Source of the DNA: Eledone cirrhosa
Lineage: Eukaryota
Direction: 5' to 3'
NCBI GenBank assembly: GCA_964016885.1
Contig: OZ024741.1
Span: forward strand, 410,378,001 to 410,442,000
DNA length: 64,000 nt
How positions within the stretch are numbered: the first letter of the stretch is position 1; each line of letters starts with the position of its first letter. Below, piece by piece: positions 44,001-56,601 of this stretch. A program made the position numbers and the translations under genes. The notes beneath the pieces were generated by a model that had not been told where the DNA came from, ran no database searches, and saw nothing but the letters and a program-made list of their open reading frames with translations.

Positions 44001-47000
44001 ACCCTTCCATTACCATATTTCTAATGAAAGACATTGTCTATCTTGTTTAACCCTTTCACTACCATATTTCTAATGTAAGACACTGTCTATGTTGTTTAAC
44101 CCTTTCATTACCATATTTCTAATGTAAGACTCTGTCTATGTTGTTTAACCCTTTCATTACCATATTTCTAACGTAAGACACTGTCTATGTTGTTTAACCC
44201 TTTCATTACCATATTTCTAATGTAAGACTCTGTCTATGTTGTTTAACCCTTCCATTACCATATTTCTAATGCAAGACACTGTCTATGTTGTTTAACCCTT
44301 TCATTACCATATTTCTAATGTAAGACACCGTCTATATTGTTTAACCCTTTCATTACCATATTTCTAATGTAAGACACTGTCTATGTTGTTTAACCCTTTC
44401 ATTACCATATTTCTAATGTAATATACTGTCTATGTTGTTTAACACCTTCATTACCATATTTTCTATGTAAGACACTGTCTATGTTGTTTAATCCTTTCAC
44501 TACCATATTTCTAATGTAAGAGACTGTCTATGTTGTTTAACCCTTTCATTACCATATTTCTAATGTAAGACACTGTCTATGTTGTTTAACCCTTTCATTA
44601 CCATATTTCTAATGTAAGACACTGTCTATGTTGTTTAACCCTTTCACTACCATATTTCTAATGTAAGACACTGTCTATGTTGTTTAACCCTTTCATTACC
44701 ATATTTCTAATGTAAGACTCTGTCTATGTTGTTTAACCCTTTCATTACCATATTTCTAATGTAAGAGACTGTCTATGTTGTTTAACCCTTTCATTACCAT
44801 AATTCTAATGAAAGACACTGTCTATGTCTTTAACCCTTCCATTACCATATTTTTAATCTAAGACACTGTCTATGTTTTTTAACTCTTCCTTTACCATACT
44901 TCTAATGTAAGACACTGTCTATGTTGTTTAACCCTTCCATTACCATATTTCTAATGAAAGACATTGTCTATCTTGTTTAACCCTTTCATTACCATATTTC
45001 TCATGACTCTGTCTATGTTTTTTAACCCTTTCATCACCACATTTATAATGTAAGACACTGTCTATGTTATTTAAACCTTTCACTACCATATTTCTAATGT
45101 AAGACAGTGTCTATGTTGTTTAACCCTTTCATTACCATATTTCTAATGAAAGACACTGTCTATGTTGTTTAACCCTTCCATTACCACTATTCTAATGTAA
45201 GAAACTGTCTATGTTGTTTAACCCTTTCATTACCATATTTCTCATGACTCTGTCTATGTTGTTAAACCCTTCCATTACCATATTTCTAATGTAAGACACT
45301 GTCTATGTTGTTTAACCCTTTCATTACCATATTTCTAATGTAAGACACTGTCTATGTTGTTTAACCCTTCCATTACCATATTTCTTATGTAAGACACTGT
45401 CTATGTTGTTTAACCCTTCCATTACCATATTTCTAATGTAAGACACCGTCTATATTTTTTAACCCTTTCATTACCATATTTCTAATGTAAGACACTGTCT
45501 ATGTTGTTCAACCCTTTCATTATCATATTTCTAATGTAAGATACTGTCTATGTTGTTTAAACCTTCATTACCATATTTTCTATGTAAACACTGTCTATGT
45601 TGTTTAACCCTTTCATTACCATATTTCTAATGTAAGAGACTGTCTATGTTGTTTAACCCTTTCATTACCATAATTCTAATGAAAGACACTGTCTATGTCT
45701 TTAACCCTTCCATTACCATATTTTTAATCTAAGACACTGTCTATGTTTTTTAACTCTTCCTTTACCATACTTCTAATGTAAGACACTGTCTATGTTGATT
45801 AACCCTTCCATTACCATGTTTCTAATGAAAGACATTGTCTATCTTGTTTAACCATTTCATTACCATATTTCTCATGACTCTGTCTATGTTGTTTAACCCT
45901 TCCATTACCATATTTCTAATGTAAGACACTGTCTATGTTGTTTAACCCTTTCATTACCATAATTCTAATGAAAGACACTGTCTATGTCTTTAACCCTTCC
46001 ATTACCATATTTTTAATCTAAGACACTGTCTATGTTTTTTAACTCTTCCTTTACCATACTTCTAATGTAAGACACTGTCTATGTTGTTTAACCCTTCCAT
46101 TACCATATTTCTAATGAAAGACATTGTCTATCTTGTTTAACCCTTTCACTACCATATTTCTAATGTAAGACACTGTCTATGTTGTTTAACCCTTTCATTA
46201 CCATATTTCTAATGTAAGACTCTGTCTATGTTGTTTAACCCTTTCATTACCATATTTCTAACGTAAGACACTGTCTATGTTGTTTAACCCTTTCATTACC
46301 ATATTTCTAATGTAAGACTCTGTCTATGTTGTTTAACACTTCCATTACCGTATTTCTAATGCAAGACACTGTCTATGTTGTTTAACCCTTTCATTACCAT
46401 ATTTCTAATGTAAGACACCGTCTATATTGTTTAACCCTTTCATTACCATATTTCTAATGTAAGACACTGTCTATGTTGTTTAACCCTTTCATTACCATAT
46501 TTCTAATGTAAGATACTGTCTATGTTGTTTAACACCTTCATTACCATATTTTCTATGTAAGACACTGTCTATGTTGTTTAATCCTTTCACTACCATATTT
46601 CTAATGTAAGAGACTGTCTATGTTGTTTAACCCTTTCATTACCATATTTCTAATGTAAGACACTGTCTATGTTGTTTAACCCTTTCATTACCATATTTCT
46701 AATATAAGACACTGTCTATGTTGTTTAACCCTTTCACTACCATATTTCTAATGTAAGACACTGTCTATGTTGTTTAACCCTTTCATTACCATATTTCTAA
46801 TGTAAGACTCTGTCTATGTTGTTTAACCCTTTCATTACCATATTTCTAACGTAAGACACTGTCTATGTTGTTTAACCCTTTCATTACCATATTTCTAATG
46901 TAAGACTCTGTCTATGTTGTTTAACCCTTCCATTACCATATTTCTAATGTAAGACACTGTCTATGTTGTTTAACCCTTTCATTACCATATTTCTAATGTA

Positions 47001-50000
47001 AGACACCGTCTATATTGTTTAACCCTTTCATTACCATATTTCTAATGTAAGACACTCTCTATGTTGTTTAACCCTTTCATTACCATATTTCTAGTGTAAG
47101 ATACTGTCTATGTTGTTTAACCCTTCATTACCATATTTTCTATGTAAACACTGTCTATGTTGTTTAACCCTTTCATTACCATATTTCTAATGTAAGAGAC
47201 TGTCTATGTTGTTTAACCCTTTCATTACCATAATTCTAATGAAAGACACTGTCTATGTCTTTAACCCTTCCATTACCATATTTTTAATCTAAGACACTGT
47301 CTATGTTTTTTAACTCTTCCTTTACCATACTTCTAATGTAAGACACTGTCTATGTTGTTTAACCCTTCCATTACCATGTTTCTAATGAAAGACATTGTCT
47401 ATCTTGTTTAACCCTTTCATTACCATATTTCTCATGACTCTGTCTATGTTGTTTAAACCTTTCATCACCACATTTATAATGTAAGACACTGTCTATGTTA
47501 TTTAACCCTTTCACTACCATATTTCTAATGTAAGACAGTGTCTATGTTGTTTAACCCTTTCATTACCATATTTCTAATGAAAGACACTGTCTATGTTGTT
47601 TAACCCTTCCATTACCATATTTCTAATGAAAGACATTGTCTATCTTGTTTAACCCTTTCATTACCATATTTCTCATGACTCTGTCTATGTTGTGTAACCC
47701 TGCCGTTACCATATTTCTAATGTAAGACACTGTCTATGTTGTTTAACCCTTTCATTACCATATTTCTAATGTAAGACACTGTCTATGTTGTTTAACATTC
47801 CATTACCATATTTTTTATGTAAGACACTGTCTATGTTGTTTAACCCTTCCATTACCATATTTCTAATGTAAGACACTGTCTATGTTGTTTAACACTTCCA
47901 TTACCATATTTCTTATGTAAGACACTGTCTATGTTGTTTAACACTTCCATTACCATATTTCTAATGTAAGACACTGTCTATGTTGTTTAACACTTCCATT
48001 ACCATATTTCTTATGTAAGACACTGTCTATGTTGTTTAACCCTTCCATTACCATATTTCTAATGAAAGACACTGTCTATGTTGTTTAACTCTTTCATTGC
48101 GATATTTGTAATGTAAGACACTGTCTATGTTGTTTAACCCTTTCATTACCATATTTCTAATGTAAGACACTGTCTATGTTGTTTAACCTTTTTCACTACC
48201 ATCTTTAATACTTTCATTACCATATTTCTTATGTAAGACACTCTCTATGTTGTTTAACCCTTTCATTACCTTAATTATAATGTAAGACACCGTCTATGTT
48301 GTTTAACCTTTTCACTACCATCTTTAACACTTTCATTACCATATTTCTTATGTAAGACATTCTCTATGTTGTTTAACCCTTTCATTACCATATTTCTAAT
48401 GTTACACCTTGTCTATGTTGTTTAACCCTTTCATTACCTTATTTATAATGTAAGACACCGTCTATGTTGTTTAACCTTTTCACTACCATCTTTAACACTT
48501 TCATTACCATATTTCTTATGTAAGACACTGTCTATGTTGTTTAATCCTTTCATTACCATATTTCTAATGTAAGACACTGTCTATGTTGTTTAACCCTTTC
48601 ATTACCATATTTCTAATGTAAGACTCTGTCTATGTTGTTTAACCCTTTCATTACCGTATTTCTAATGAAAGACACTGTCTATGTTGTTTAACCCTTTCAT
48701 TACCATATTTCTAATGTAAGACTCTGTCTATGTTGTTTAACCCTTCCATTACCATATTTCTAATGTAAGACACTGTCTATGTTGTTTAACCCTTTCATTA
48801 CCATATTTCTAATGAAAGACACTGTCTATGTTGTTTAACCCTTCCATTACTATATTTCTAATGTAAGACACTGTCTATGTTCTTTAACCCTTTCATTACC
48901 ATATTTCTAATGAAAGACACTGTCTATGTTGTTTAACCCTTCCATTACCATATTTCTAATGAAAGACATTGTCTATCTTGTTTAACCCTTTCATTACCAT
49001 ATTTCTCATGACTCTGTCTATGTTGTTTAACCCTTTCATTACCAAATTTCTAATGAAAGACACTGTCTATGTCTTTAACCCTTCCATTACCATATTTTTA
49101 ATCTAAGACACTGTCTATGTTTTTTAACCCTTCCATTACCATACCTCTAATGTAAAACACTGTCTATGTTGTTTAACCCTTTCATTACCATATTTATAAT
49201 GTAAGACACTGTCTATGTTGTTTAACCCTTTCACTACCATATTTCTAATGTAAGACCGTGTCTATGTTGTTTAACCCTTTCATTACCATATTTCTAATGA
49301 AAGACACTGTCTATGTTGTTTAACCCTTCCATTACCACATTTCTAATGTAAGAAACTGTCTATGTCGTTTAACCCTTCCATTACCACATTTCTAATGTAA
49401 GAAATTGTCTATGTTGTTTAACCTTTTCATTACCATATTTCTAATGAAAGACATTGTCTATCTTGTTTAACCCTTTCATTACCATATTTCTCATGACTCT
49501 GTCTATGTTGGTTAACCCTTTCATTACCATATTTCTAATGTAAGACACTGTCTATGTTGTTTAACCCTTTCATTACCATATTTCTAATGAAAGACACTGT
49601 CTATGTTGTTTAACCCTTCCATTACCATATTTCTAATATAAGAGACTGTCTATGTTGTTTAACCCTTCCATTACCATATTTCTAATGTAAGACACTGTCT
49701 ATGTTGTTTAACCCTTCCATTACCATATTTCTAATGTAAGACACTGTCTATGTTGTTTAACCCTTTCATTACCATATTTCTAATGTAAGACACTGTCTAT
49801 GTTGTTTAACACTTTCATTACCATATTTCTAATGTAAGAGACTGTCTATGTTGTTTAACCCTTTCATTACCATATTTCTAATGTAAGACACTGTCTATGT
49901 TGTTTAACAGTTTCATTACCATATTTCTTATGTAAGACTCTGTCTATGTTGTTTAACCCTTCCTTTACCATATTTCTAATGTAAGACACTGTCTATGTTG

Positions 50001-53000
50001 TTTAAGCCTTTCATTGGCATATTTCTAATGTAAGACACTGTCTATGTTGTTTAACCCTTCCATTACCATATTTCTGATGTAAGACAGTGTCTATGTTGTT
50101 TAACCCTTCCATTACCATATTTCTAATGTAAGACACTGTCTATATTGTTTAACCCTTTCATTACCATATTTCTAATGAAAGACACTGTCTAAGTTGTTTA
50201 ACCCTTTCATTACCATATTTCTAATGAAAGACACTGTCTATGTTGTTTAACCCTTTCATTACCATATTTTCTATGTAAACACTGTCTATGTTGTTTAACC
50301 CTTTCATTACCATATTTCTAATGTAAGAGACTGTCTATGTTGTTTAACCCTTTCATTACCATATTTCTAATGTAAGAGACTCTCTATCTTGTTTAACCCT
50401 TTCATTACCAAATTTCTAATGAAAGACACTGTCTATGTCTTTAACCCTTCCATTACCATATTTTTAATCTAAGACACTGTCTATGTTTTTTAACCCTTCC
50501 ATTACCATACTTCTAATGTAAGACACTGTCTATGTTGTTTGACCCTTCCATTACCATATTTCTAATGAAAGACATTGTCTATCTTGTTTACCCTTTTCAT
50601 TACCATATTTCTCATGACTCTGTCTATGTTGTTTAACCATTCCATTACCACATTTCTAATGTAAGAAACTGTCTATGTTGTTTAACCCTTTCATTACCAT
50701 ATTTCTAATGAAAGACACTGTCTATGTTGTTTAACCCTTCCATTACCATATTTCTAATGAAAGACATTGTCTATCTTGTTTAACCCTTTCATTACCATAT
50801 TTCTCATGACTCTGTCTATGTTGGTTAACCCTTTCATTACCATATTTCTAATGTAAGACACTGTCTATGTAGTTTAAACCCTATTACTACCATATTTCTA
50901 ATGTAAGACACTGTCTATGTTGTATAACCCTTTCTCTACCATATTTCTAATATAAGAGACTGTCTATGTTGTTTAACCCTTCCATTACCATATTTCTAAT
51001 GTAAGACACTGTCTATGTTGTTTAACCCTTTCATTACCATATTTCTAATGTAAGACACTGTCTATGTTGTTTAACCCTTCCATTACCATATTTCTTATGT
51101 AAGACACTGTCTATGTTGTTTAACCCTTCCATTACCACATTTCTAATGTAAGACACTGTCTATGTTGTTTAACCCTTTCCTTGCTATATTTCTAATGTAA
51201 GACACTGTCTATGTTGTTTAACCCTTTCATTACCATATTTCAAATGAAAGACTCTGTCTATGGTGTTTAACACTTTCATTGCCATATTTCTAATGTAAGA
51301 CACTGTCTATGTTGTTTAACCCTTCCATTACCATATTTCTAACGTAAGACACTGTCTATGTTGTTTAACCCTTTCCTTGCTATATTTCTAATGTAAGACA
51401 CTGTCTATGTTGTTTAACCCTTCCATTACCATATTTCTAATGAAAGACACTGTCTATGGTGTTTAACCCTTTCATTGCCATATTTCTAATGTAAGACACT
51501 GTCTATGTTGTTTAACCCTTTCATTGCGATATTTCTAATGTAAGACACTGTCTATGTTGTTTAACACTTTCACTACAATATTTCTAATGTAAGACACTGT
51601 CTATATTGATTAACCTTTTCACTACCATCTTTGACCCTTCCATTACCATATTTCTTATGTAAGACATTGTCTATGTTGTTTAACCCTTTCATTACTATAT
51701 TTCTAATGTTAGACACTGTCTATGTTGTTTAACCCTTTCACTACAATATTTCTAATGTACGACACTATCTATGTTGTTTAACCGTTCCATTACCATATTT
51801 CTTATGTAAGACACTGTCTATGTTGTTTAAACCTTTCATTACCATATTTCTTATGTAAGACACTGTCTCTGTTGTTTAACCCTTCCATTACCATATTTCT
51901 TATGTAAGACACTGTCTATGTTGTTTAACCCTTTCATTACCATATTTCTAATGTAAGACACTGTCTATGTTGTTTAAACCTTTCATTGCGATATTTCTAA
52001 TGTAAGACACTGTCTATGTTGTTTAACCCTTTCACTACAATATTTCTAATGTAAGACACTGTCTATGTTGTTTAACCCTTTCATTACCATATTTCTAATG
52101 TAAGACACTGTCTATGTTGTTTAACCTTTTCACTACCATCTTTAACACTTTCATTACCATATTTCTTATGTAAGACACTCTCTATGTTGTTTAACTCTTT
52201 CATTACCATATTTCTAATGTAAGACCCTGTCTATGTTGTTTAACCCTTTTATTACCTTATTTATAATGTAAGACACTGTCTATGTTGTTTAACCTTTTCA
52301 CTACCATCTTTAACACTTTCATTACCATATTTCTTATGTAAGACACTGTCTATGTTGTTTAATCCTTTCATTACCATATTTCTAATGTAAGACACTGTCT
52401 ATGTTGTTTAACCCTTTCATTACCATATTTCTAATGTAAGACCCTGTCTATGTTGTTTAACCATTTCCTTACCATATTTCTAATGTAACAGACTGTCTAT
52501 GTTGTTTAACCCTTTCATTACCATATTTCTAATGTAAGAGACTGTCTATGTTGTTTAACCCTTTCATTACCATATTTCTAATGAAAGACACTCTCTATGT
52601 TGTTTAAACCATTTCATTACCATATTTCTAATGAAAGACACTGTCTATGTCTTTAACCCTTCCATTACCATATTTCTAATGTAAGACACTGTCTATGTTG
52701 TTTAACCCTTTTACTACCATATTTCTAATGAAAGACACTGTCTATGTTGTTTAACCCTTTGATTACCATATTTCTAATGTAAGACACTGTCTATGTTGTT
52801 TAACCCTTTCACTACCATATTTCTAATGTAAGACAGTGTCTATGTTGTTTAACCCTTCCATTACCATATTTCTAATAAAAGACACTGTCTATGTTGTTTA
52901 ACCCTTTCATTTCCATATTTCTAATGAAAGACACTGTCTATGTTGTTTAACCCTTTCATTACCATATTTCTAATGAAAGACACTCTCTATGTTGTTTAAC

Positions 53001-53179
53001 CCTTTCATTACCATATTTCTAATGTAAGACACTGTGTATGTTGTTTAACCCTTCATTACCATATTTCTAATGTAAGAGACTGTCTATGTTGTTTAACCCT
53101 TTCATTACCATATATCTAATGAAAGACACTCTCTATGTTGTTTAACCCTTTCATTTCCATATTTCTAATGAAAGACACT

Positions 53180-54300
53180 CTCTATGTTGTTTAACCCTTC
53201 ATTACCATATTTCTAATGTAAGAGACTGTCTATGTTGTTTAACCCTTTCATTACCATATTTCTAATGAAAGACACTGTCTATGTTGTTTAACCCTTTCAT
53301 TTCCATATTTCTAATGTAAGACACTGTCTATGTTGTTTAACCCTTTCATTTCCATATTTCTAATGTAAGACACTGTCTATGTTGTGTAACCCTTTCATTA
53401 CCATATTTCTAATGAAAGACACTGTCTATGTTGTTTAACCCTTTCATTACCATATTTCTAATGAAAGACACTCTCTATGTTGTTTAACCCTTTCATTTCC
53501 ATATTTCTAATGAAAGACACTGTCTATGTTGTTTAACCCTTCATTACCATATTTCTAATGTAAGAGACTGTCTATGTTGTTTAACCCTTTCATTACCATA
53601 TTTCTAATGAAAGACACTGTCTATGTTGTTTAACCCTTTCATTTCCATATTTCTAATGTAAGACACTGTCTATGTTGTTTAACCCTTTCATTTCCATATT
53701 TCTAATGTAAGACACTGTCTATGTTGTGTAACCCTTTCATTACCATATTTCTAATGAAAGACACTGTCTATGTTGTTTAACCCTTTCATTACCATATTTC
53801 TAATGAAAGACACTCTCTATGTTGTTTAACCCTTTCATTTCCATATTTCTAATGAAAGACACTGTCTATGTTGTTTAACCCTTCATTACCATATTTCTAA
53901 TGTAAGAGACTGTCTATGTTGTTTAACCCTTTCATTACCATATTTCTAATGAAAGACACTGTCTATGTTGTTTAACCCTTTCATTTCCATATTTCTAATG
54001 TAAGACACTGTCTATGATGTTTAACCCTTTCATTTCCATATTTCTAATGTAAGACACTGTCTATGTTGTTTAACCCTTTCATTACCATATTTCTAATGAA
54101 AGACACTGTCTATGTTGTTTAACCCTTTCATTACCATATTTCTAATGAAAGACACTCTCTATATTGTTTAACCCTTTCATTTCCATATTTCTAATGAAAG
54201 ACACTGTCTATGTTGTTTAACCCTTCATTACCATATTTCTAATGTAAGAGACTGTCTATGTTGTTTAACCCTTTCATTACCATATTTCTAATGAAAGACG
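53180..54300. repeat. 342-bp (7-monomer) edge-specific higher-order repeat, ~3.3 copies
   Basis: TAAGAGAC marker at 53219, 53561, 53903 and 54245; GTTGTGTAAC at 53381/53723. The CATTTCCATA variant was seen only in this terminal zone. Confidence 0.88.
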
Positions 54301-54512
54301 CTGTCTATGTTGTTCAAATATTCCATTACCATATTTCAAATGAAATAACTAACTTTCCTGTTATTAATCTGTTGTTTTGGAGCATAACTTAACAAAGGTT
54401 CTTGCAGAAAATTAACATGGAAGGTTGTTACATGAATATGAACACTTTAGAACAACATTTTGTAACATCGAATCTGGGGTGGTTTCAGGTTGGTTGGTAT
54501 CAAAAGGGTTAA
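54265..54512 (+). mobile_element. Putative non-autonomous TTAA-type (piggyBac-like) MITE, ~240 bp
   Basis: Left end TTAA|CCCTTTCATTACCA (TTAA 54265-54268); right end TGGTATCAAAAGGG|TTAA (TTAA 54509-54512). The reverse complement of 54495-54513 (TTTAACCCTTTTGATACCA) matches the left end at 16/19. TTAA target site plus CCC...GGG termini is the piggyBac signature. No ORF inside. Confidence 0.7.
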
Positions 54513-54793
54513 AATTTGATTTAACCTATTTTCGTTTCAGATAATAAACTTTCTGCATGACAAAGTTCACGAATGTTAATATAGGTTTTCTCAATCTAAC
54601 CCTTTATGTTCTGTTGTCCTAATTAATTTCCAATTCCAACCTATTATTATTATTATAACTATTATTACTAACAATGGTTACAAAGTCTATGATTATGTAT
54701 TACAGGGATGATAACAGGTTGATATCTGTACAATGGAATGATATTTAGCATCGGATGATTTTTAATAATTGGTACAATGGATGTATCCTGGAT

Positions 54794-56033
54794 TTTACAA
54801 TAGGTACACTGTACCCCTGTGTATATCAGGTTTACAATAGGTACACTGTATCCCTGTGTATATCTGGTTTACAATAGGTACACTGTATCCCTGTGTGTAT
54901 CTGGTTTACAATAGGTACACTGTATCCCTGTGTATATCTAGTTTACAATAGGTACACTGTACCCCTGTGTATATCTGGTTTACAATAGGTACACTGTATC
55001 CCAGTGTGTATCTGGTTTACAATAGGTACACTGTATCCCTGTGTATATCTGGTTTACAATAGGTACACTGTACCCCTGTGTATATCTGGTTTACAATAGG
55101 TACACTGTATCCCTCTGTATATCTGGTTTACAATAGATACACTGTATCCCAGTGTGTATCTGGTTTACAATAGGTACACTGTATCCCTGTGTATATCTGG
55201 TTTACAATAGGTACACTATCCCTGTGTGTATCTGGTTTACAATAGGTACACTGTATCCCTGTGTATATCTAGTTTACAATAGGTACACTGTACCCCTGTG
55301 TATATCTGGTTTACAATAGGTACACTGTATCCCTGTGTATATCTCGTTTACAATAGGTACACTGTATCCCTGTGTATATCTGGTTTACAATAGGTACACT
55401 GTATCCCTGTGTATATCTGGTTTACAATAGGTACATTGTATCCCAGTGTATATCTAGTTTACAATAGGTACACTGTACCCCTGTGTATATCTGGTTTACA
55501 ATATGTACACTGTATCCCTGTGTATATCTAGTTTACAATAGGTACACTGTACCCCTGTGTATATCTGGTTTACAATAGGTACACTGTATCCCTGTGTATA
55601 TCTGGTTTACAATAGGTACACTGTATCCCAGTGTATATCTGGTTTACAATAGGTACACTGTATCCCTGTGTATATCTAGTTTACAATAGGTATACTGTAT
55701 CCCTGTGTATATCTGGTTTACAATAGGTACACTGTATCCCTGTGTATATCTGGTTTACAATAGGTACACTGTATCCCTGTGTATATCTGGTTTACAATAG
55801 GTACACTGTATCCCTGTGTATATCTGGTTTACAATAGGTACACTGTATCCCTGTGTATATCAGGTTTACTATAGGTACACTGTATCCCTGTGTATATCTG
55901 GTTTACAATAGGTACACTGTATCCCTGTGTATATCTGGTTTACAATAGGTACACTGTATCCCTGTGTATATCTGGTTTACAATAGGTACACTGTATCCCA
56001 GTGTGTATCTGATTTACAATAGGTACACTGTAC
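54794..56033. repeat. 37-bp minisatellite, ~33 copies
   Basis: Unit GGTTTACAATAGGTACACTGTATCCCTGTGTATATCT (e.g. starts at 55752 and 55789); highly homogeneous. Confidence 0.97.
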
Positions 56034-56064
56034 GCTATATAATTGTAATGGTTGTTCTGTTTAG

Positions 56065-56175
56065 TATATTCTATATATCATATGTATATATTATATATCA
56101 TATATATATATTTATAATTTATATACATAATATATATATATATATATATTAAATATCATATATATATATATATAT
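56065..56175. repeat. Degenerate (TA)n low-complexity tract
   Basis: Almost entirely A/T with TA runs. Confidence 0.9.
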
Positions 56176-56296
56176 CAAGTAAGTATGTTTTGAAACAGTG
56201 AGCAAGTTTGAAATTAGAAAATATATAGCTTTCACAGTATTTTTGACAAAAGGAATTTTAGCTTGATAACGGGCTTTAGAACCCTCAGATAAATGG

Positions 56297-56301
56297 AAAA
56301 A
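56297..56301 (-). terminator. Candidate RNA Pol III T5 terminator
   Basis: TTTTT on the minus strand, 9 nt after the 3' end of the tRNA-like sequence. Confidence 0.45.
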
Positions 56302-56310
56302 GATGAGTAT

Positions 56311-56381
56311 TGACGTACATGGGAGTCGAACCCACATCTGTGGTTATCGCGAACACTGTGTTACCATTACACCAACACATC
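56311..56381 (-). pseudogene. tRNA-like cloverleaf (tRNA pseudogene or tRNA-derived repeat; nominal anticodon CGA)
   Basis: Minus strand: GATGTGT TG GTGT-AATGGTA-ACAC A GTGTT-CGCGATA-ACCAC AGAT GTGGG-TTCGACT-CCCAT GTACGTC A. A-box-like TGGTGTAATGG and B box GGTTCGACTCC are present. The anticodon loop is non-canonical (G33, T37) and the acceptor stem has three G-U pairs. Confidence 0.75.
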
Positions 56382-56479
56382 ACCCATGTCTTTCCATTCA
56401 AATTAGAAACTACATTTAGTCAAAAATACGGTCAAAGCTATATATTTTCTAATTATATATATATATTATATTTTCTATT

Positions 56480-56601
56480 CTAGGGTGGGTAAAATTCCCG
56501 CGATCCATGGACGAGTTCTCTCCAGCAGTCTCTGTCCCTCATTATCGCTGCTATGTCCTGCATCTCCAACAGACCAGTGTCTGTCCTTAGGGCATCAACA
56601 T
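56480..56601 (-). mobile_element. RTE-like LINE, extreme 3' end of RT ORF including stop codon
   Basis: Manual minus-strand translation of 56599->56480 gives VDALRTDTGLLEMQDIAAIMRDRDCWRELVHGSREFYPP*. This has the 'DR..WR..V' C-terminal motif typical of RTE ORFs and continues the adjacent ORF at its TYVD end. Confidence 0.85.

Larger units (their letters stand above)
1..54345. repeat. 49-bp satellite array (~1100 monomers; open at left window edge)
   Basis: Consensus GTCTATGTTGTTTAACCCTTTCATTACCATATTTCTAATGTAAGACACT repeats head-to-tail in one orientation. Recurrent 45-, 47-, 48- and 70-bp length variants. No insertion seen. The last degenerate monomer ends ...CCATATTTCAAATGAAA at ~54345. Confidence 0.99.

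Noticed and set aside
1-54345. CRISPR-like array
   Set aside because: Monomers abut with no unique spacers, there are no cas-like ORFs, and the context is eukaryotic (LINE, TA microsatellites).
1-54345. Telomeric repeat (TAACCC within the monomer)
   Set aside because: Only one TAACCC per 49 bp, never tandem; better explained as TTAA plus a CCC terminus.
1-56033. RSS/Transib heptamer (CACTGTG)
   Set aside because: Consensus motifs are CACTGTC and CACTGTA, with no convincing spaced nonamer.
55964-56337. Two 62-aa ORFs
   Set aside because: They span minisatellite/TA sequence or start within the tRNA-like T arm; no protein-like features.
56311-56381. Functional tRNA-Ser(CGA)
   Set aside because: No long variable arm, G33/T37, anticodon-stem mismatch and weak acceptor stem.
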